Shown one piece after another: positions 62,328 through 64,000 of a stretch of DNA of 64,000 bases. Each line of letters opens with the position of its first letter. Position 1 is the stretch's first letter. A program made the position numbers and the translations under genes. Below the pieces are notes generated by a model. The model was not told the origin of the DNA. It worked only from the letters and a program-made list of their open reading frames with translations, and ran no database searches. The stretch comes from Peribolospora baueri (lineage: Eukaryota), in the NCBI GenBank assembly GCA_029717555.1, contig JAMDHS010000008.1:186001-250000 (forward strand). The letters are read 5' to 3'.

Positions 62328-63805
62328 ATGACGTCCGACAAGAATAAGAATATCGAGTCCTTCTACGTCGACGCCGTCCTTTTCGTGAGTCGTCGTGGAC
62401 CTTGTGGCGGGAGCTGCTCGCACACGAGCCGCTTCGACTGACCGCCGCCCATTGCTTCCCGACCCTTTTTGTGTCGCGCGCCACCGCCACCGCCACCGAT
62501 ATGATTAGGACATGGTGAGCAGCAACTCACAGCTGTCCTCGCACGGGCCACGACCGTCGGTCGATCGATCTGACTGACACCTTCCTTCCTTCACCTCCAT
62601 CTTCCACAGGACGGCACGCTCGTCGACTCGATCGCCGCCGTTGAGGCCGCCTGGGGCGCCGTCGCGGAGGAGATCGGCCAGGACCCAGACTACGTGATCG
62701 CTGCCACGCACGGCAAGCGGGCTGTGGACAACCTGAAGCAGTTCAAGCCTCACATCAAGGAACACGAGATGGACCAGGCGGTGGTCAATTTCGAAAAGAC
62801 GATCCTCGAGTTTGCCGACGGCAGTCGCACCCCTTCCCGCCCTTCCTCGCGGCGGAACAGCAAGTCGAGCAGCCGGAGGCCGTCCCAGTCCGGTAGCCGT
62901 CGTCCTTCCCAGACGATCAGCCGGAGGCCGTCGGAGAGTTTGAACGGCGGCGGCGGCGGCGTGAGCGCGTTCGGACTCGCCCACGGCCTCAGCAAGCTCT
63001 CGACACTGGACAAGAACAAGGGAGAAGAGAAGATCAACGAGAGCGCGATCGAGGATGACGATGACGAGCCTCGCCCCTCCAACTCGAGTCCCGCCGCCGA
63101 CAGCGGCGTGGATCTCGAGGACGACGCGGAGAATGTGGAGGAAGAGGCGTTCGACGGCAGCATCCGCATCCTCCCCGGCGTGCGCAACATGATCGACGCG
63201 ATCCCCAAGGGCAAGTACGCTGTCGCCACCTCGTCCGCGAGGACGTATGCGTACGGCGCCATGGAGCGCGTCGGTATCGTCCCACCCGAAGTGACCGTCA
63301 CCGCGGAGCACCCGGCTCTCAAGCGCGGCAAGCCTCATCCCGACCCCTTCCTCCTCGCCGCCAAGCTGCTCGGCTATGACCCGGTGCGTACGTAACGGAC
63401 GGCGCCGTCGGCTCGCCCGTCACTTGACTGACCGATATGTTTACTCGTTCGTTCTCACAACAGAAAAAGTGCCTGGTCGTCGAAGATTCTCCCTCCGGCA
63501 TCCGCGCCGCCGTCGCCTCGGGCGGGACGACGATCGCGGTGTGCACGTCGCACGCGCGCGAAAAGATCAAGGACTGTGGTGCGCAATACCTCTTGGACGA
63601 CCTCCGCGCCGTCACGGTGGAGCACGAGGCCGACGGGAGGCTCAAGGTGACCATCGACCACTCCTTCGTTGCTCCCCCCGAGGACGAGGAGACGCTCCAG
63701 CACGCGCACGACGACCTCAGGGCCGCCCACAAGGCCGGCAAGGACGCGGTGGAGAAGAAGAAGCTGGAAGAGCAGAACAGCGCCGCCCCCGCCATCAGCG
63801 CATGA
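62328..63805 (+). CDS. GPP1: HAD-superfamily phosphatase, glycerol-3-phosphatase/2-deoxyglucose-6-phosphatase-like
   Basis: AVLF|DM|DGTLVDS (motif I over three exons), THGKRA, LPGV, AVATSS, GKPHPDPFL, LVVEDSPSGI; TGA at 63803-63805. Confidence 0.88.
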
Positions 63806-64000
63806 CCCCCAAACATCGACCGTAGCTTCGACACGCGCCGACGACGACGACGAACGAAGCATCCACATCTCTTAAAAATATCTTCTCTTTGCCCTTCTTG
63901 ACTCTCTCTGCCCGTCGTCGTCACTGCCGCCCCACTGCCACAGCCTCGTCTCTACGGTACACTCCCAGTACCTACCGCGACGTGAGGTCCCACTCCAGCG

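Noticed and set aside
37400..63900. Cryptic peroxisomal targeting by stop-codon read-through (TGA CTA) in ADE17, MET7, ARG8, BIO2 and GPP
   Set aside because: None of these stops has the TGA CTA context, and I saw no short in-frame extension ending in a PTS1.
1..64000. tRNA, rRNA, CRISPR arrays, transposons or prophage
   Set aside because: By eye I found no cloverleaf-like motifs, regularly spaced repeats, terminal repeats or transposase/RT motifs. Small degenerate elements could have been missed.

Overview
Eukaryotic, GC-rich, intron-dense fungal genomic DNA. It is most likely basidiomycete, judged from short introns with GTGAGT/GTGCGT donors and CTGAC/CTAAC branch sites. About 20 tightly packed spliced protein-coding genes can be rebuilt by hand: TFIIIA, SPF30, AVT1, ITC1, a PNPOx-like flavoprotein, a TGL2-like lipase, GCN2, a small SET protein, a PTC6-like PP2C, a DLT1-like protein, ADE16/17, an MNR2-like CorA, FPGS (MET7), ARG8, BIO2, AP-3 beta, BioF, a GPP-type HAD phosphatase and two orphans. 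I saw no rRNA, tRNA, CRISPR array or transposon. The most notable structure is a biotin gene pair (BIO2, and BioF with a C-terminal PTS1) split by AP-3 beta, with spacers of only 256 and 169 nt. Other highlights are a 6-nt micro-exon carrying the HAD nucleophile, a tandem RRxS insert in the same enzyme, two GC-AG introns with near-identical donors, a bulged-looking 5' splice site, a uORF overlapping the GCN2 start, and dual starts in FPGS. CDS coordinates are gene spans including introns. Family calls come from motif recognition, not database searches.
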